Below are positions 45,027 through 58,235 of a DNA stretch of 64,000 bases, in pieces. The notes below the pieces were generated by a model that worked only from the letters and a program-made list of their open reading frames with translations, did no database searches and was not told the origin of the DNA. This DNA comes from the human T2T-CHM13v2.0 reference genome, Homo sapiens: assembly GCF_009914755.1 (NCBI RefSeq), contig NC_060947.1, one strand, 5' to 3'. Position numbers and translations under genes: made by a program. Position 1 is the first letter of the stretch, and every line of letters starts with the position of its first letter.

Positions 45027-46621
45027 ACATATATATGTCAAAAATAAAGACCCAACACTGGCATGTTTCTAATTTAAAAATTAATTTGGATTTTACTAGT
45101 TTTTTTTAAACTAATGAACTGTTTTTCTGTTCCATCATCCAACACAGGATACCACATTACATTTGGTCTTCATGTCTCCTTGGTCTCCTCTGAATTGTGA
45201 TAGCTTCTTAGACTTTCCTTGTTTTTTTAACCTTCACACTTTTGAGTCAATTATTTTGTAGTCTGTCCTTCAATTTTTATTCTTCTGATGTTTTACTCAT
45301 GATTATATTGTGTTATAGGTGTTTGAAATGAATACCACAGAGATGAAATTCCATTCTAACGATATTATATTAGTATGTACATGCTATCAGTATGACTTAT
45401 CACTGGTTATTTCAACCTTGATCATCTAACTAAATAAGTGTTTGCCAGGTATCTTCACTGTGAATTTACTTGATTTCTCACTGTTATCCTTTTCTTTGGA
45501 ACCAAGTCACTAAGTCCAGCCCACTCTCTTGGGGAGTGGGAAGAATTTAGTTCCACCACCTGGGAGGTCTATGTATAAAATATTTGAAATTCTTCTGGAA
45601 GGAATATTTATCACCCACATTTTATTTATTTACTTACTGACTCATTCAATCAATCATTTTTTATATCTGAATAGACTCAGGTATACTTATTTTACACTGG
45701 AGATTTTCTATTTATCTAGAAATTTTTTTTGAGTTGACTTGGGTGTCAGAGGTATGAGGTACATTTCAAGGTATGTTTTTTGTTTTTTTGAACAATTTAA
45801 TTTTTGACTATATATTATATATATTTAAGGTGTACAATTTGATGTTTTAATATATATTATGAAATGATCACTATATTAGGGCTAATTAACATATTTATCA
45901 CTTCTACATAGTTAACATTTTTTAATCCTTTGACTAATGTCATCCCATTTCCCTCTTCCCCCAGCTCATAGCAACCACCATTTTACTTTCTGCATCTGAG
46001 TTTGACTACTTTAGATTCCAATATACATGATATCATGTAGCATTTCTCTTTCTGTATCTTTCTTATTTCACTTAGTGTAATGTCCTCCAGGTTCATTCAT
46101 GTTTTCATAAATGGCAGGATTTTTGCTTTTGTTGTCTGTGCTGGTGTTATATCCAGAAAATTATTGCCAAGACCAATGTCAATGAAGTCTTTCCCAATAT
46201 TTTCTTCTGGGGGTTTTATACATCTTGTTTTATGTTTAAGTCTTTAATCCATATTGAGTTGATTTTTGCGTATGGTGAAACAAATGTCTAATTTTATATT
46301 TTTCCCATATGGATATTCAGTTTTCCCAACACCTTTTGTTGAAGAGACTGTCTCTTTCCTTATGGTATATTCTTGGCATCCTATAGAAGGTCAATCGACA
46401 AATATGTGGGGGTTCTCTATTCTATTTTGTCTATATATCTGTTTTTATGCCACTATCATAATTTTTATTACCATAGCCTTGTAATATAATTTGAAGTTAG
46501 GAAGTGTCAGGCCTCCAGCTTGGTTCTTGCTCAAGATTGCCTTGGCTATTGGGGTCTTTTGTTGCTCCCTATGAATTTTAGAATTGTTTCTTTTCTATTT
46601 CTGTAAATAATCTCCTTGGGA

Positions 46622-46720
46622 TTTTATTTTTAGAGACAAGGTCTTGCTAATTTTCCCAGGCTAAACTCAAACTCCTGGGCTCAAGTAGCTGGAATTACAG
46701 ATGCACAAATGTTTTAGGCT
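46622..46720 (-). mobile_element. FLAM_A-like free left Alu monomer with an internal deletion
   Basis: gagacaaggtcttgct...ctcctgggctcaag|tagctggaattacag. TSD ctccttgggatttt / atcattgggatttt. Confidence 0.7.
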
Positions 46721-46950
46721 ATCATTGGGATTTTGATAGGGATTGCATTGATTTTTAGATCACCTTAGGCAATATGGATATTTTGTTAATATTTCTAATG
46801 TATGAACATAGATATCTTTCTACGATTTGTGTCTCTTGAAACTTGCTTCAGCAATGTTGTGTCATTTTCAGTGTACAAGTCTTCCACCTCTTTGGTGAAT
46901 TCTCAAGTAGTATTTTTTTGTGGGGGATTTTTTTTTCTCAACTTCCATTT

Positions 46951-47084
46951 AAAAAAATTTTTTTTAAGAGATGGTGGTCATGCTATGTTGCCCATTCTAG
47001 TCTTGAACTCCTGGGCTCAAGTAATCCTCCCGCCTCGGCCTTCCAAAATGCTAGGACTATAGGCGTGAACCATCACACCAGGCC
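46951..47084 (-). mobile_element. FLAM_C free left Alu monomer
   Basis: ctcctgggctcaagtaatcctcccgcctcggcc. 14-bp TSD ctcaa(c/t)ttccattt at 46937-46950 and 47085-47098. Confidence 0.85.
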
Positions 47085-49664
47085 CTCAATTTCCATTTTA
47101 AATAGTTTATTATCAGTGTATGGAAACACCACTGATGCTTGTATTTTGATTTAGTATCCTGCAACTTTATTGAATTTATTAGGTCTAACAATTTTTTTTT
47201 TTTGGTGGTGTCTTTAGTATTTTCTATGCATCTGCTCATGTCATCTGCAAACAGAACTAATTTTACTGATTTGGATTTTTTTTTAATTTCTTTTTCCTGC
47301 CTAATTCCTCTGCCTAGGACTTCTAGTATTTATTATGTTTGAAGATCAGTAGTGAGAGTGAGCATTTATTTCTTGTTCCAGATTTTAGCAAAAAAGCTTT
47401 CAGTTTTTCCCTATTGATTATGATGCTATATGTGGGTTTTTCTTATATGACCTTTACTGTTTTTATGTAAGTTTCTTTTATACTTATTTTGTTGAGAGGT
47501 TCTTTTTTTAATGAATGTAAAATTTGCCTGGTGCTTTGTATGCATCTATTAAGATGTTCATGTGGTTTTCATTCTGTTAATGTGGTGTGTCACATTGATT
47601 TGCTTTTATTTGTTAAACCATCCCTTTATCCCAGGAATAAATTTCACTTGATCATTGTGTATTATCCTTTTAATGTGCTGTTGAATTTAGTTTGCTAGGA
47701 GTTTTTTAGGGATTTTCACATCTATGTTTATCACGGATATTGGCTTGTAGTTTTCTTTTCTTTTGTTGTATTTGCCTGGCTTAGGAACTAAGGTGATGCT
47801 ACATTATAAAATGAGTTTCAAAGTGCTCCCTCTCTTATTTTTGGAAAAGTTTAAGAAAGAGTGGTATTACTTTTTCTTTCAATGGTAAAATTTACTTGTG
47901 CAGTAAATTTACTTGTGATTCTGTCTCCTTGCTTTTTACTGCTCTCTTCTTGTTTTCTATTTCTCCTTAATTCAGTCTCATTAGGCTTAAGTTTCATTTT
48001 TTTTACACATGGACATTAATTATTACTGCATCATTTGCTGAAAATGTCTATCTTTCTCCATTGGACTGCCTTCGTGCCTTTGTGAAAATCAGTTGACTGT
48101 ATTTGTTTAGGTCTATTTCTAAGTTCTCTATTCTATTTACCTATGTATCTATTATTTAACCAATACTACACTATCTTGATTACTGTAGCTTTATGCTAAC
48201 TCTTGAATCTGGATAATGTGAGTCATCCAACTTTGTTCTCTCATTTTTCAGATTTTTTTTATTTTAGCACCTTCATCATACCACATTCATTTTAGAATAA
48301 GCTTGTCAATATCCATAAACATTCAGCTTTTCAAATTCTATAAACAATATAGAGTGTTGTTTGAAATAACATTGATTCTGAAACTAGGGAAAATTGACAT
48401 TTTTACATCAGTGAATCTTGCAATGCATGAACAAGGGTATATTTCTCTATGTGTTTAGAATTTCTTTGATTTCTTTCATCAGTGTTTTGTAGTTTTCTAC
48501 ATAAAAATCCTGAATATAATTTACTAGACTTATATTGAAGTACTTCATTTTATCATACAATTGTGAATGGTATAATTAGATTTAATTTAAATTTCAGTGT
48601 TATTTGCTGGGTTATACAAATACAATTTATTTTATATTAACCTTACATGATTTATAGCGACCTTGCATCAAGTGACCTTGCCAAAGTCACTTGTCAGTTC
48701 TTAGAGTTTTGCTGTAGACTCTTTGGGATTCTGACATTCACATTATCTGAAAATAAGGACAGTTTTATTTCTTTCTTTCCAATCTAGATCTCATTTATTT
48801 TATTTTTCTTGCCCTATTATTCTAGGTAGTACTTCCAATAAAATGTTGAATAGCGAGGGTCAGAAAAGAAAGTTTTACCTTATATCTGATCTTAGTGTGA
48901 AAGCATTCAGTCTACTCTCTGGGGTATTGTTAGCTCTAGGTTTTACTTCATTTTATAATTTTGTATCTCCTATTAGGTTAAGGAAGCTCCCTTATATAAC
49001 TCGTTCTTGAGGATTTTTACCATGAATGGATATGGCATATTGTCAAATAATTTTCTGCATCTGTTGATATGATTATACGGGTTTTATATTTAATGGGCTA
49101 ATATGCTGAAATAAATTAATTAATTTTTGTATGTTAAAATGTTCTTGAATATCTGTGATGAACCCCACATGGTATTATCATTTCATATGTTACTGGATTT
49201 AATTTGCAGATATTTTATTCTGATTCTTGCATCTATGTTAGAGATATTGGTAGGTAGTTGGTGCTTTTAATGTATTTTTATGCTTTTGGTCTCAGGATAC
49301 TACTGGCCTTGTAAAATGAATTGCGAAGTATTATCTTCCCTCTTATTTTCTGAAATAGATTGTATAGAAATGGTATAGTTTATTTTTTAAACTGTTGGTA
49401 ATAATATTACAGTAAAACCATTTGAGACTTCAGTTTCCTTTCTTGGAAAGGTTTTAACTACAATTTAAAAAAATAGATTTAGGGCTATTCAAGTTACCTA
49501 TTTATTTTGAGTGATTTTTGATACTTTGCGTTTTTCATGATTTTGGTCTATATAATGGCATACAGTTGCAAATAGCATTTCCTTACTATTACTTTAATGT
49601 TAGAGGAATCAGTATTTGTCCCCTTTTTAAGATTTCTGATATTGTTTATTTATGTTTTACATTA

Positions 49665-49801
49665 TTCATTTATTTATTTATTTTCTGTAGAGATAAAGTC
49701 TATGTTGTGCAGGCTGGTTTTGAACTCCTGAGCTCAAGCGATCCTCCCTCCTTGGCCTCCCAAAGAGCTGAGATTACAGGCGTGAGTCACCACACATGGC
49801 C
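49665..49801 (-). mobile_element. FLAM_C free left Alu monomer
   Basis: (TTTA)n tail and gaactcctgagctcaagcgatcctccctccttggcc. Confidence 0.8.
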
Positions 49802-50217
49802 ACCTCTTTTACTCTTGATTAATATAGGTCAAGTTTTATTTTTATTTTCATGTTTTCAAATAATTCACTTTAGTTATTATTCATCTTTTCTCTATTGATT
49901 TCTTCTCTAATTTTTGTTACCTCTGGTTCACTTTGCTTTGCTTTGCTAGTTGGCTAAGATGAAAACTTGCAATCTGCATTTAAACAAACCTCTAATGTTT
50001 GCAAACTTTTAGAATGGATGGATTACATGATCAACTTCCTGTTTTTCTGTTATGTGGTCCCCTGAAGATTGATCAAGCCCCCAAACTTTATTTCACAATG
50101 CTGTTATTTTAGTAATCATGGATGACAGGACCTCCTTCTACTTTTACACAATGCCACTTTATACACATGCCCTAAACCAAATATACACAGGATATTCCAA
50201 TAAAATGTTAAGCTTTT

Positions 50218-52720
50218 GGTGGAGGCGGAGCAAGGTGGCTGAATAGAAGCTTTCACTGATCGTCCTCCCTGCAGGAACACCAAATTTAACAACTACCTAC
50301 ACACAAAAAAAACCCTTCATAAAAAAACAAAAATTATGTGTGCAATAACTGTACCTGGTTTTAACTTTATATTGCTGAAAGATGCTGTGAAGAAGGTAGG
50401 AAAGACAGTCTTGAATTACTATCACCAGCCCTCCTCCATCTTCTGGCAACAGCCTCATGGCATGGAGAGAGAACCCATGCACTTGAGGAACGGAGAGCAC
50501 AGTGATTGTAGGGAAATTACCCATCCTAATGGTCAGAACTTGAGTTTCAGGAAGCATTGCCACTGCAGGATAAAGCACTCTGTGAACCTAAATAAACTAG
50601 AAAAGCAGTCTATGCCATAAGGGCCACAACTACTAGATAGACCCGGGGCTGTGCTGGGCTTGGGGCCAGTGAACCCGGGGGGCATGCGACCTAGTGAGAC
50701 ACCAGCCAGGGCAGCTAAGGGAGTGTTTGTGCCACCCCCGCCTTAACCCCATGCAACACAGCTTGCAGCTGTAAAAGAGACTCCTTCCCTCTGCTTGAGA
50801 AAAGGATAAGGGAGAGTAAAGAGGATTTTGTCTTTCAACTTGGATAGCAGCTCAGCTACAGTAGGAATGGGCAGAAGTGTGAGGCACCCATTCCAGGTCC
50901 TAGCTCCTGCGTGACATTTACAGACAGATGCTGGGCCAGAAGGAAAACTGCTGCCTTGAAGGCAAGGACTCAGTTATGAAAGGATTCATCGCCTGCTCTC
51001 TAAAGGGCCCTTGGGCCCTAAATAATTAGCAGCAGTACCAAGGCAGTACTCCCTGTGGGCCTCTGAGGAGACTCAGAGCTGTGCTGGCTTCAGGTGTGAT
51101 CCACCACATTCCTAGTTGTGATAGCTACAAGAAAAGTCTCCTTCTGCTTGAGAAAAGCAGAGAGAAGATTACCTGATTCCAGGATGTGGTCCTTGGACAG
51201 CATTTCTGGACCTGCCTGGGCCAGAAGGGAGCCCACTGCCCTGAAGGATGACCATTCACCACAAGCTGACTGAAGAACCTTGGACCTTAAGTGAACATCA
51301 GCAGTAGCCCACCAGTACACCCTGTGAGCCTATGCTAGTAGTGGCACTGAGGAGAGACTCCTCTGCCTGTGAAAAGGAAAGGGTGAAAGACTTTGAGCTG
51401 TGGTTTGAGTGCCAGCTTGGCAGCAATGAAAAAGAGAACCAGATAGATTTCTAAGGTTAGCAGTACCAGGCCCTGGCTCCAGGACAGCATCTCTGGAACA
51501 CCTGTGGCCCGAGGGAACTTGCCAAACTAAAGGGAAGGGCACAAGCCTGGCTGGCTTAATCACCCGCAAATTGCAGAGTGTTGGGGCTTTCAGTGAACAT
51601 AGGCAGTAGCAAGATGGTGGTTACAGCAGAGCTTGGGTGAGATGTGGCGCTTTGCTGGCTTCAGGTCTGACCCAGTGCAGTCCTAGTGGCCATGGCCATA
51701 GGAGTTCTTTTTCACTGCTTCCCCAGCTGCAAGTATCTCGGCACAGAGAGAGAGACTCCATTTGCGAGAAAGTTAGGGAAGAGAAGAAGAGTTTCTGCTA
51801 GGAAATCCAGATAATTATTCCATATCTTATCCAAGATTAACAAGGCGGTACCTCTATGCATCTGAAAGAGTCACAGTGTTACTGGGCTAGGGGTCCCCCT
51901 GAATGCAGGTACAGCTGCAATGACCGAACACTTAGATCACAACACCTAAGTCCGTTTAAATACATGGAAAGGCTTTCCAAGAAGGATAGGTAAAAACAAG
52001 CCAAGACTGCAAAGATTAAAATAAATTCCTAACTCTTCTATACCCAGACACTGACAAACATCTACAAGCACCAAGATTATCCAAGAAATTATGACCTCAA
52101 CAAACAAACTTAATAAGGCACCAGGAGGCAATCCTAGAGAAACAGAGATATGTAACATTTCAGATAGAGAATTCAAAATAGTTGTTTTGAGGAAACTCAA
52201 AGAAACTCAAGACAACACAGAAAAGGAATTCAGGATTCTATCAGATAAATGTAACAAAGATTAAAATAATTAAAAGAAATCAAGTAGAAATTCAGGAGCT
52301 GAAAACTGCAATTGGTATATTGAAGAATACATCAGAATCTCTTAATAGTAGAATTGACCAAGCAGAAGAAAGAATTAGTAAGCTTTAAGACAGGCTATTT
52401 GAAAATACAGTCAGTGGAGACAGGAGAAGAAAAGAAAAAAAAAAAAGAAGCACCCCTATGAGGTCTAGAAAATAGCCTCAAAAGGGCAAATCTAAGAGTT
52501 ATTGGCCTTAAAGAGCAGGTAGAGAGGAAAATAGAGTAGAATGTTTATTCAAAATGATAATAGAGAATTTCCCAAACCTAGAGAAAGATATCGATATTCA
52601 AGTACAATAAGGTTACAAAACACCAAGCTGATTTAACCCAAAGAAGACGACCTTAAGGCACTTAATAATCAAATTGCCAAAGATCAAGGATAAGGAAATA
52701 ATTCTAAAAGCAGCAAGAGA
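50218..52720 (+). mobile_element. L1MA1-4 (L1M1-type) 5' UTR and ORF1 5' part
   Basis: 5' end ggaggcggagcaaggtggctgaatagaag..., a repetitive GC-rich 5' UTR, and ORF1 from atgacctcaacaaac (~52091). Confidence 0.85.
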
Positions 52721-55004
52721 CCAAACCTATGACTCTGGCATTCCTGAAAGAGACAAAGAGAGAGCAAGCAAGCAACTTGGAAAACATATATAAAATTATT
52801 GTCCATGAAAATTTTCCCAAGCTTCCTAGAGAGGTCAGTATGCAAATTAAGAAAATTCAAAGAACCCCTGTGAGATACAATACAAGACGACCATCCAAAA
52901 GACACATAGTCATTAGATTACCCAAAGTTAATGCAAAAGAAGAAATTATGAAGGAAACTAGAGAAGGGGCAGATTACGTACAAAAAAATTTCCATCAGGC
53001 TAGTAGCGGGCCTTTCAGAAGAAACCTAACAAGCCAGGAGAGATTGGAGGCCTATATTCTGCACACTTAAATGAAAAACATTGTATTCAATAATTTAATA
53101 TCCAGCCAAACTAAGCTCCATAAGCAACAAGAAACAAAATCCTTTTTAGACAAGATAATGATAAGGGAATTTGTTACCAGCAGACAGCCTTACAACAGGT
53201 CCTTAAGGGAGTGCTAAACATGGAAATTAAAGACCTGTATCCACCACCACAAACAAACAAAAAAAAATTTAAAGCAACTATACTACAAGCCTATATAACA
53301 ACCAACTAACAACATGATGACAGGATCAGATCCTCACATATCAATATTAACCTTGAATGTAAATGGGCTAAATGCCCCATGTAAGAGACACATAGTGGAA
53401 AGTTGAAAAAATATGCAAAACACAACTATATACTGTCTTCAAGAGACCCATCTCATGTGCAACCACACCCGTAGTCTCAAAGTAAAGGGATGAAGAAAGC
53501 CCTTTGAAGCAAACAGCAAATACACAAAAAAAGGAGAGGTTGCTATTTTTATTGCAGACAAAACAGACTTTAAACCAATAATCATCAAAAAGAGAAGCAA
53601 AGGAATTATATAATGATAAAGGTTTCAATTCAACAAGAAGACATAACTATCTTAAAAATATATACACTCAACAGTGGAGCACCCAGCTTCATAAAACATT
53701 CTTGGAGACAAATGAAGAGACACAAATTATTACACAATAATAGTGGAAAACCTCACAACCCCACTAACAGTGTTAGACAGATCATTGAAACAGAAATCTG
53801 GTAGTAATCCTAGCAAAAATATTCCAAAAACTCTGGGAGGGGGGACTCTTCCCTACCTTATTGTATAGGGCCAGCATTGTTCTTACACCAAAACCTGGCA
53901 GAGACACACATAAAAGAAAACATCAAATATCCCTGATAAACATAAACACAAAATTCCTTAACAAAATACTGGCAATTTGAATCCAGCAACACATCATAAA
54001 GCCAATGCACCATGATCAAGTGTGCTTTATTCCTAGGATGCAAGTGTGGTTCATCGTAGGTAAATCAATAAATGTGATATATCACATAAACAAAACTAGA
54101 AACAAAACTACATGATCAACTCAATAGATGTACAAAAGGCTTTTGATAAAATCAAATACTCCTTCATGTTAAAAACCCTCACCAAACTAGAAGTTGAAGG
54201 AAAATACCTCAAAATACTAGATATATCTATGACAAACCCACAGCCAACACCATGCTGACGAGCCAAAAGGTGAAAACATTTCTGGTGACAACCAGGACAA
54301 GACAAGGAGGCCCACTTTTATCACTCTTCTTCAACATAGTACTGGAAGTGTCAGTCAGAGCAATCGGGAAAGAGAAACAAATAAAAGAGATACAAATGGG
54401 AAGAGAGGAAGTCAAACTATTTCCCTTTACAGGTGATAAGATTCTATACCTAGACAACCCCATAGCCTCTGCTCAAAGGCCCTTCAAACATATAAATGAT
54501 TTCAGTGAAGTTTCAGGATACATAATCAGTTGGGCAAAAATCAGTAGCATTTTAATACACCAATAATGTCCAAGCAGAGAGCCAATTCAAAAATGCAATT
54601 CCATTCACAATAGCCACACACCAAAAAAAAAAAAAAATGTCTAGGAATACAGCTAGCCAGGGATGTGAAGGATATCTACAGCAAAAATTACAAAACGGTG
54701 CTGAAAGAAATCAGAGAAAACAAAAATAAACAAAAAGTAATCCCATGCTCACTGACAGGAAGAATCAGTATTGTTAAAATGACCATACTGCCCAATGCAA
54801 TTTACAGATTGAATCCTATTTGTATCAAACTACCAGTATCATTTTCCACAGAATTAGGAAAAAAAAAATTATTCTAACATTTATAATGAACCAAAAAGGA
54901 ACCTGAACAGACAAAGCAATTATAAGCAAGAAGAACAAAGCCAGAAGTATTATGCTACCCAATTTCAAACTATGCAACAAGGCTACAGTAACCAAGACAG
55001 CACG
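52721..55004 (+). mobile_element. L1PA15-17/L1PB-era fragment: ORF1 3' half, EN and RT, with an internal deletion at ~53800
   Basis: ORF1 NLENIYKIIVHENFPKL; EN IKVSIQQEDITILKIY; RT TRQGGPLLSLFFNIVLEV...LFPFTGDKILYL. Confidence 0.85.
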
Positions 55005-55009
55005 ATATT

Positions 55010-57237
55010 TGAAGTGGTTTGGCTGTGTCCTCAAACAAATTGCATCTTGAATTGTAGTTCCCATAATCCCCACATGTCATGGGAGGAACCCAGTGGAAGG
55101 TAATTGAATCACGCAGGCAGCTACCCTCATGCTGTTCTCATAATAGTGAGTTCTCTCAAGATCTGATGGTTTTATAAGGGGCTTTCTCCACCTTCACTCT
55201 CGTTCTTCTCATTTTTTTTTTTTTTTGAGACAGAGCCTTGGTCTGTTGCCCAGGCTGGAGCACAGTGGTACAATCTCGGCTCACTGCAAGCTTCGCCTCC
55301 CGGGTTCACGCCATTCTCCTACCTCAGCCTCCTGAGTAGCTGGGATTACAGGCGCTGGCCACCATGCCTGGCTAATTTTTTGTATTTTTAGTAGAGACGG
55401 GATTTCACAGTGTTAGCCAGGATGGTCTTAATCTCCTGACCTTGTGATCCGCCCACCTTGGCCTCCCAAAGTGCTGGGATTACAGGTGTGAGCCACCATG
55501 CCTGGCCTCATTCTTCTCATTTTTGCCACCAAGTGAAGAATGTGCTTGCTTCCCCTTATGCCTTGACGATAATTTTCTTGAGGCCTCCCACCCCTGCAGA
55601 ACTATGAGTCAATTAAACCTTTTTCCTTTATAAATTACCTAGTCTCAGGTATTTCTTCATAGCAGCATAAGAATGGACTAATACAGTACATTGGTACTGG
55701 GTAGTGGAGCATTGTTGTAAAGATACCCAAAAATATGGAAGCAACTTTGTAACTGGGTAACAGGCAGAGGTTGGAATAGTTTGAAGGGCTCAGAAGAAGA
55801 CAGAAAAATGTGGGAAAGTTTGGAACTTCCTTGTTGAATAGCTGTGACCAAAATGCTGTTAGTGATATAGACAATGAAGTCCAGGTTGAGGTAGTCTCAG
55901 AGGGAGACAAGGAACTTGTCTGGAACTGGAGTGAAGGCAATTCTTGCTATGTTTTTGCAAAGAAACTGGCAGCATTTTGCCCCTGCCCTAGAGATCTGTG
56001 GAACTTTGAACTTGAGAGAGATGATATAGGGTATCTGGTAGAAAAAATTTATAAGCAGAAAAGCATTCAAGAGAAAGCAGAGCATAAACATTTGGAAAAT
56101 TTGCAGCCTGACAATGTGGTAGAAAAGAAAAACCCATTTTCTGGGAAGAAATTCAAGCCAAATGCAAAAATTGGCATAAGTAACAAGGAGCTGAATGTTA
56201 ATCACCAAGACAATGAGAAAAATGTCTCCAGGGCATGTGAGAGACCTTCACAGAAGACTCTCCTATCACAGGCCTAGAGGCCTAGGAGGAAAAAATGGTT
56301 TCCTGGGCCAGGTCCAGGGACCCCTGCTGTGTGCAGCCTCAGGACTGTGTCTCAGCTACTCCAGCCATGGCTAAAAGGGGTCAAAGAACAACTCAGGCCA
56401 GTGCTTCAGAGGGTGCAAGCCCCAAGCCTTGGCAGCTTCCATGTGGTGTTGGTTCTGCAGATGCACAAAAGACAAGAATTAAAGTTGGGGAACCTTCACT
56501 TAGATTTTAGAGAATGTATGGAAATTCCTGGGTGTCCAGGTGTAAGTTTTCTACAACAGCAGAGCCCTCATGGAGAACCTCTGTTAGGGCAGTATGGAGG
56601 AGAAATGTGGGGTCAGAGCCTCCCATACAGTGTCCCCACTGGGGCACTGCCTAGTAGAGATGTGAGAAGATGGTCATCATTCTCCAGACCCCAGAATAGT
56701 AGATCCACTGATACCTTGCACCATGCACCTGTAAAAGCCACAGACACTCAACACCAGCCCATGAAAGCAGCCTGAAGTGGGGCTGTACCTTGCAAAGCCA
56801 CAGGGGCAGAGCTGCCCAAGGCCATGGGAGACCACCTCTTGCATCAGTGTGACCTGGATGTGAGACGTGAAATCAAAGCAGATCATTTTGGAAATTTAAG
56901 GCTTAATGACTACCCTATTGGATTTTGGACTTGCATGGGGCTTGTAGCCCTTTGTTTTGGCCAGTTTTTCCCATCTGGAATGGGTGTACTTATCCAATGC
57001 CTGCACTCCCATTATATCTAGCATGTATCTAACTTGCTTTTGATTTTATAGGCTCATAGGCAGAAGGGACTTGTCTTGTCTCAGATGACACTTTGGACTT
57101 GGACTTTTGAGTTAATGCTGGAATGAGTTAAGATTTTGGGGGACTGTTGAAAGGGCATGAATGGGTTTTGAAATGTGAGGACATGGGATTTGGGAGGGGC
57201 CAGAGGCAGAATGATATGGTTTGGCTGTGTCCACACC
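55010..57237 (+). mobile_element. THE1C: 5' LTR 55010-55685, internal 55686-57211, and only 26 bp of the 3' LTR
   Basis: The LTR ends ...gaatggactaataca. The MaLR ORF remnant includes LAAFCPCPRDLWNFELERDDIGYL. A polypurine tract is followed by tgatatggtttggctgtgtcc. Confidence 0.92.
55212..55507 (-). mobile_element. AluY inserted in the THE1C LTR
   Basis: Diagnostics gcaagcttcgcctcccgggttcacgccattc and gttagccaggatggtc. TSD tc(g/a)ttcttctcatttt. Confidence 0.95.
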
Positions 57238-58235
57238 ACAGTGTCCTCACTAGGGCACTGCCTAGTAGAGCTGTGAGAAGATGGCCACTATCCTCCAGAC
57301 CCCAGAATGGTATATCTACTGATAGCTGCATTGTATTCCTGGAAAAGCTGCAAGCACTCAATGCCAGCCTGTGAGAGTAGCCGAGGGGGTGAACTTTGCA
57401 AAGCCATTGTGGCAGAGCTTCCCAAGACCTTGGGAACACAAACTTCACACCAGTATTCCCTAGATGTGGGACTTGGAGTCAGTGGAGATTGTTTTGAAGC
57501 TTTAAGATTTAATGACTGCCCTGTTGGGTTTCAGACTTGTATGGGGGCCTGTAGCCCCTTTCTTTTAGCCAATTTCTCCTTTTTGGAAAGGGAATATTTA
57601 CCCAATGTTTGCATTTCCATTTATCTTTGAAGTAACTACTTGGTTTTGATTTTGCAGGCCAATAGGGGGAAGAGGCTTACATCGTCTCAGATAAGACTTT
57701 GGACTTTTGAGTTAATGCTGAAATGAGTTAAGACTTTGGGGATTATTGGAAAGGGATGATTGCATTTTGAAATGTGAGAAAGACAAGAGATTTGGGAGGG
57801 GCCTGGGTGAAATGATATGGTTTGGATCTGTGCCCCCACCCAAATCTCACACTGAATTGTAATCCCCAATGTTGGAGTTGGAAAATAATGGGAGGTCATT
57901 GAATCATGGAGGAGGATTTTTTAGGAATGTTTTAGTATCATTGCCTTGGTGTGTTCTCATAATAGTCAGTGAGTTCTCAGGAGATTTGTTTGTTTAAAAG
58001 TGTGTAGCACCTCCCCCACCATCTTGCTCCTACTCCAACTATGTGATGTGCATGCTCCCCCTTCACCTTCCACCATGATTGTAAGCTTCCTGAGGCAACC
58101 GAGAGGCCAAGAAACTGCCAGCATCATGCTTCCTGTACAGCATTCATAACTGTGAACCAATTAAACCTCTTTTTTTTAAATAAATTACCCGGTCTCATGT
58201 ATGTCTTCATAGCAATGTGAGAATGAACTAATATA
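57238..58235 (+). mobile_element. MSTA-type MaLR: 3' internal segment 57238-57812 and 3' LTR 57813-58235
   Basis: LTR tgatatggtttggatctgtgccccc...gtttaaaagtgtgtagcacctcc...gaactaatata. The internal part is paralogous to THE1-int 56625-57211. Confidence 0.88.

Larger units (their letters stand above)
45775..47900 (-). mobile_element. L1MA9-like 3' end and ORF2
   Basis: T-rich tail, atatatttaaggtgtacaatttgatg, and antisense ORF2 (ORF 47057-47239: KKKLLDLINSIKLQDTKS). Confidence 0.8.
45080..49960 (-). mobile_element. L1MC4-like element (45080-45772 and 47985-49960), split by an L1MA insertion
   Basis: L1MC 3' motif caggataccacattacatttggtc. Antisense ORF2 stops at tttcaaggt (45772) and resumes at aagtttcattttt (47990). 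Confidence 0.7.

Noticed and set aside
50760-51800. Degenerate long direct repeats (gactcc...ctgcttgagaaaag units)
   Set aside because: Intrinsic tandem structure of old L1 5' UTRs. The same applies to 2480-2850 and 22570-22960.
55810-56775. 155-aa and 148-aa ORFs
   Set aside because: Broken remnants and alternative frames of the known THE1 internal ORF.
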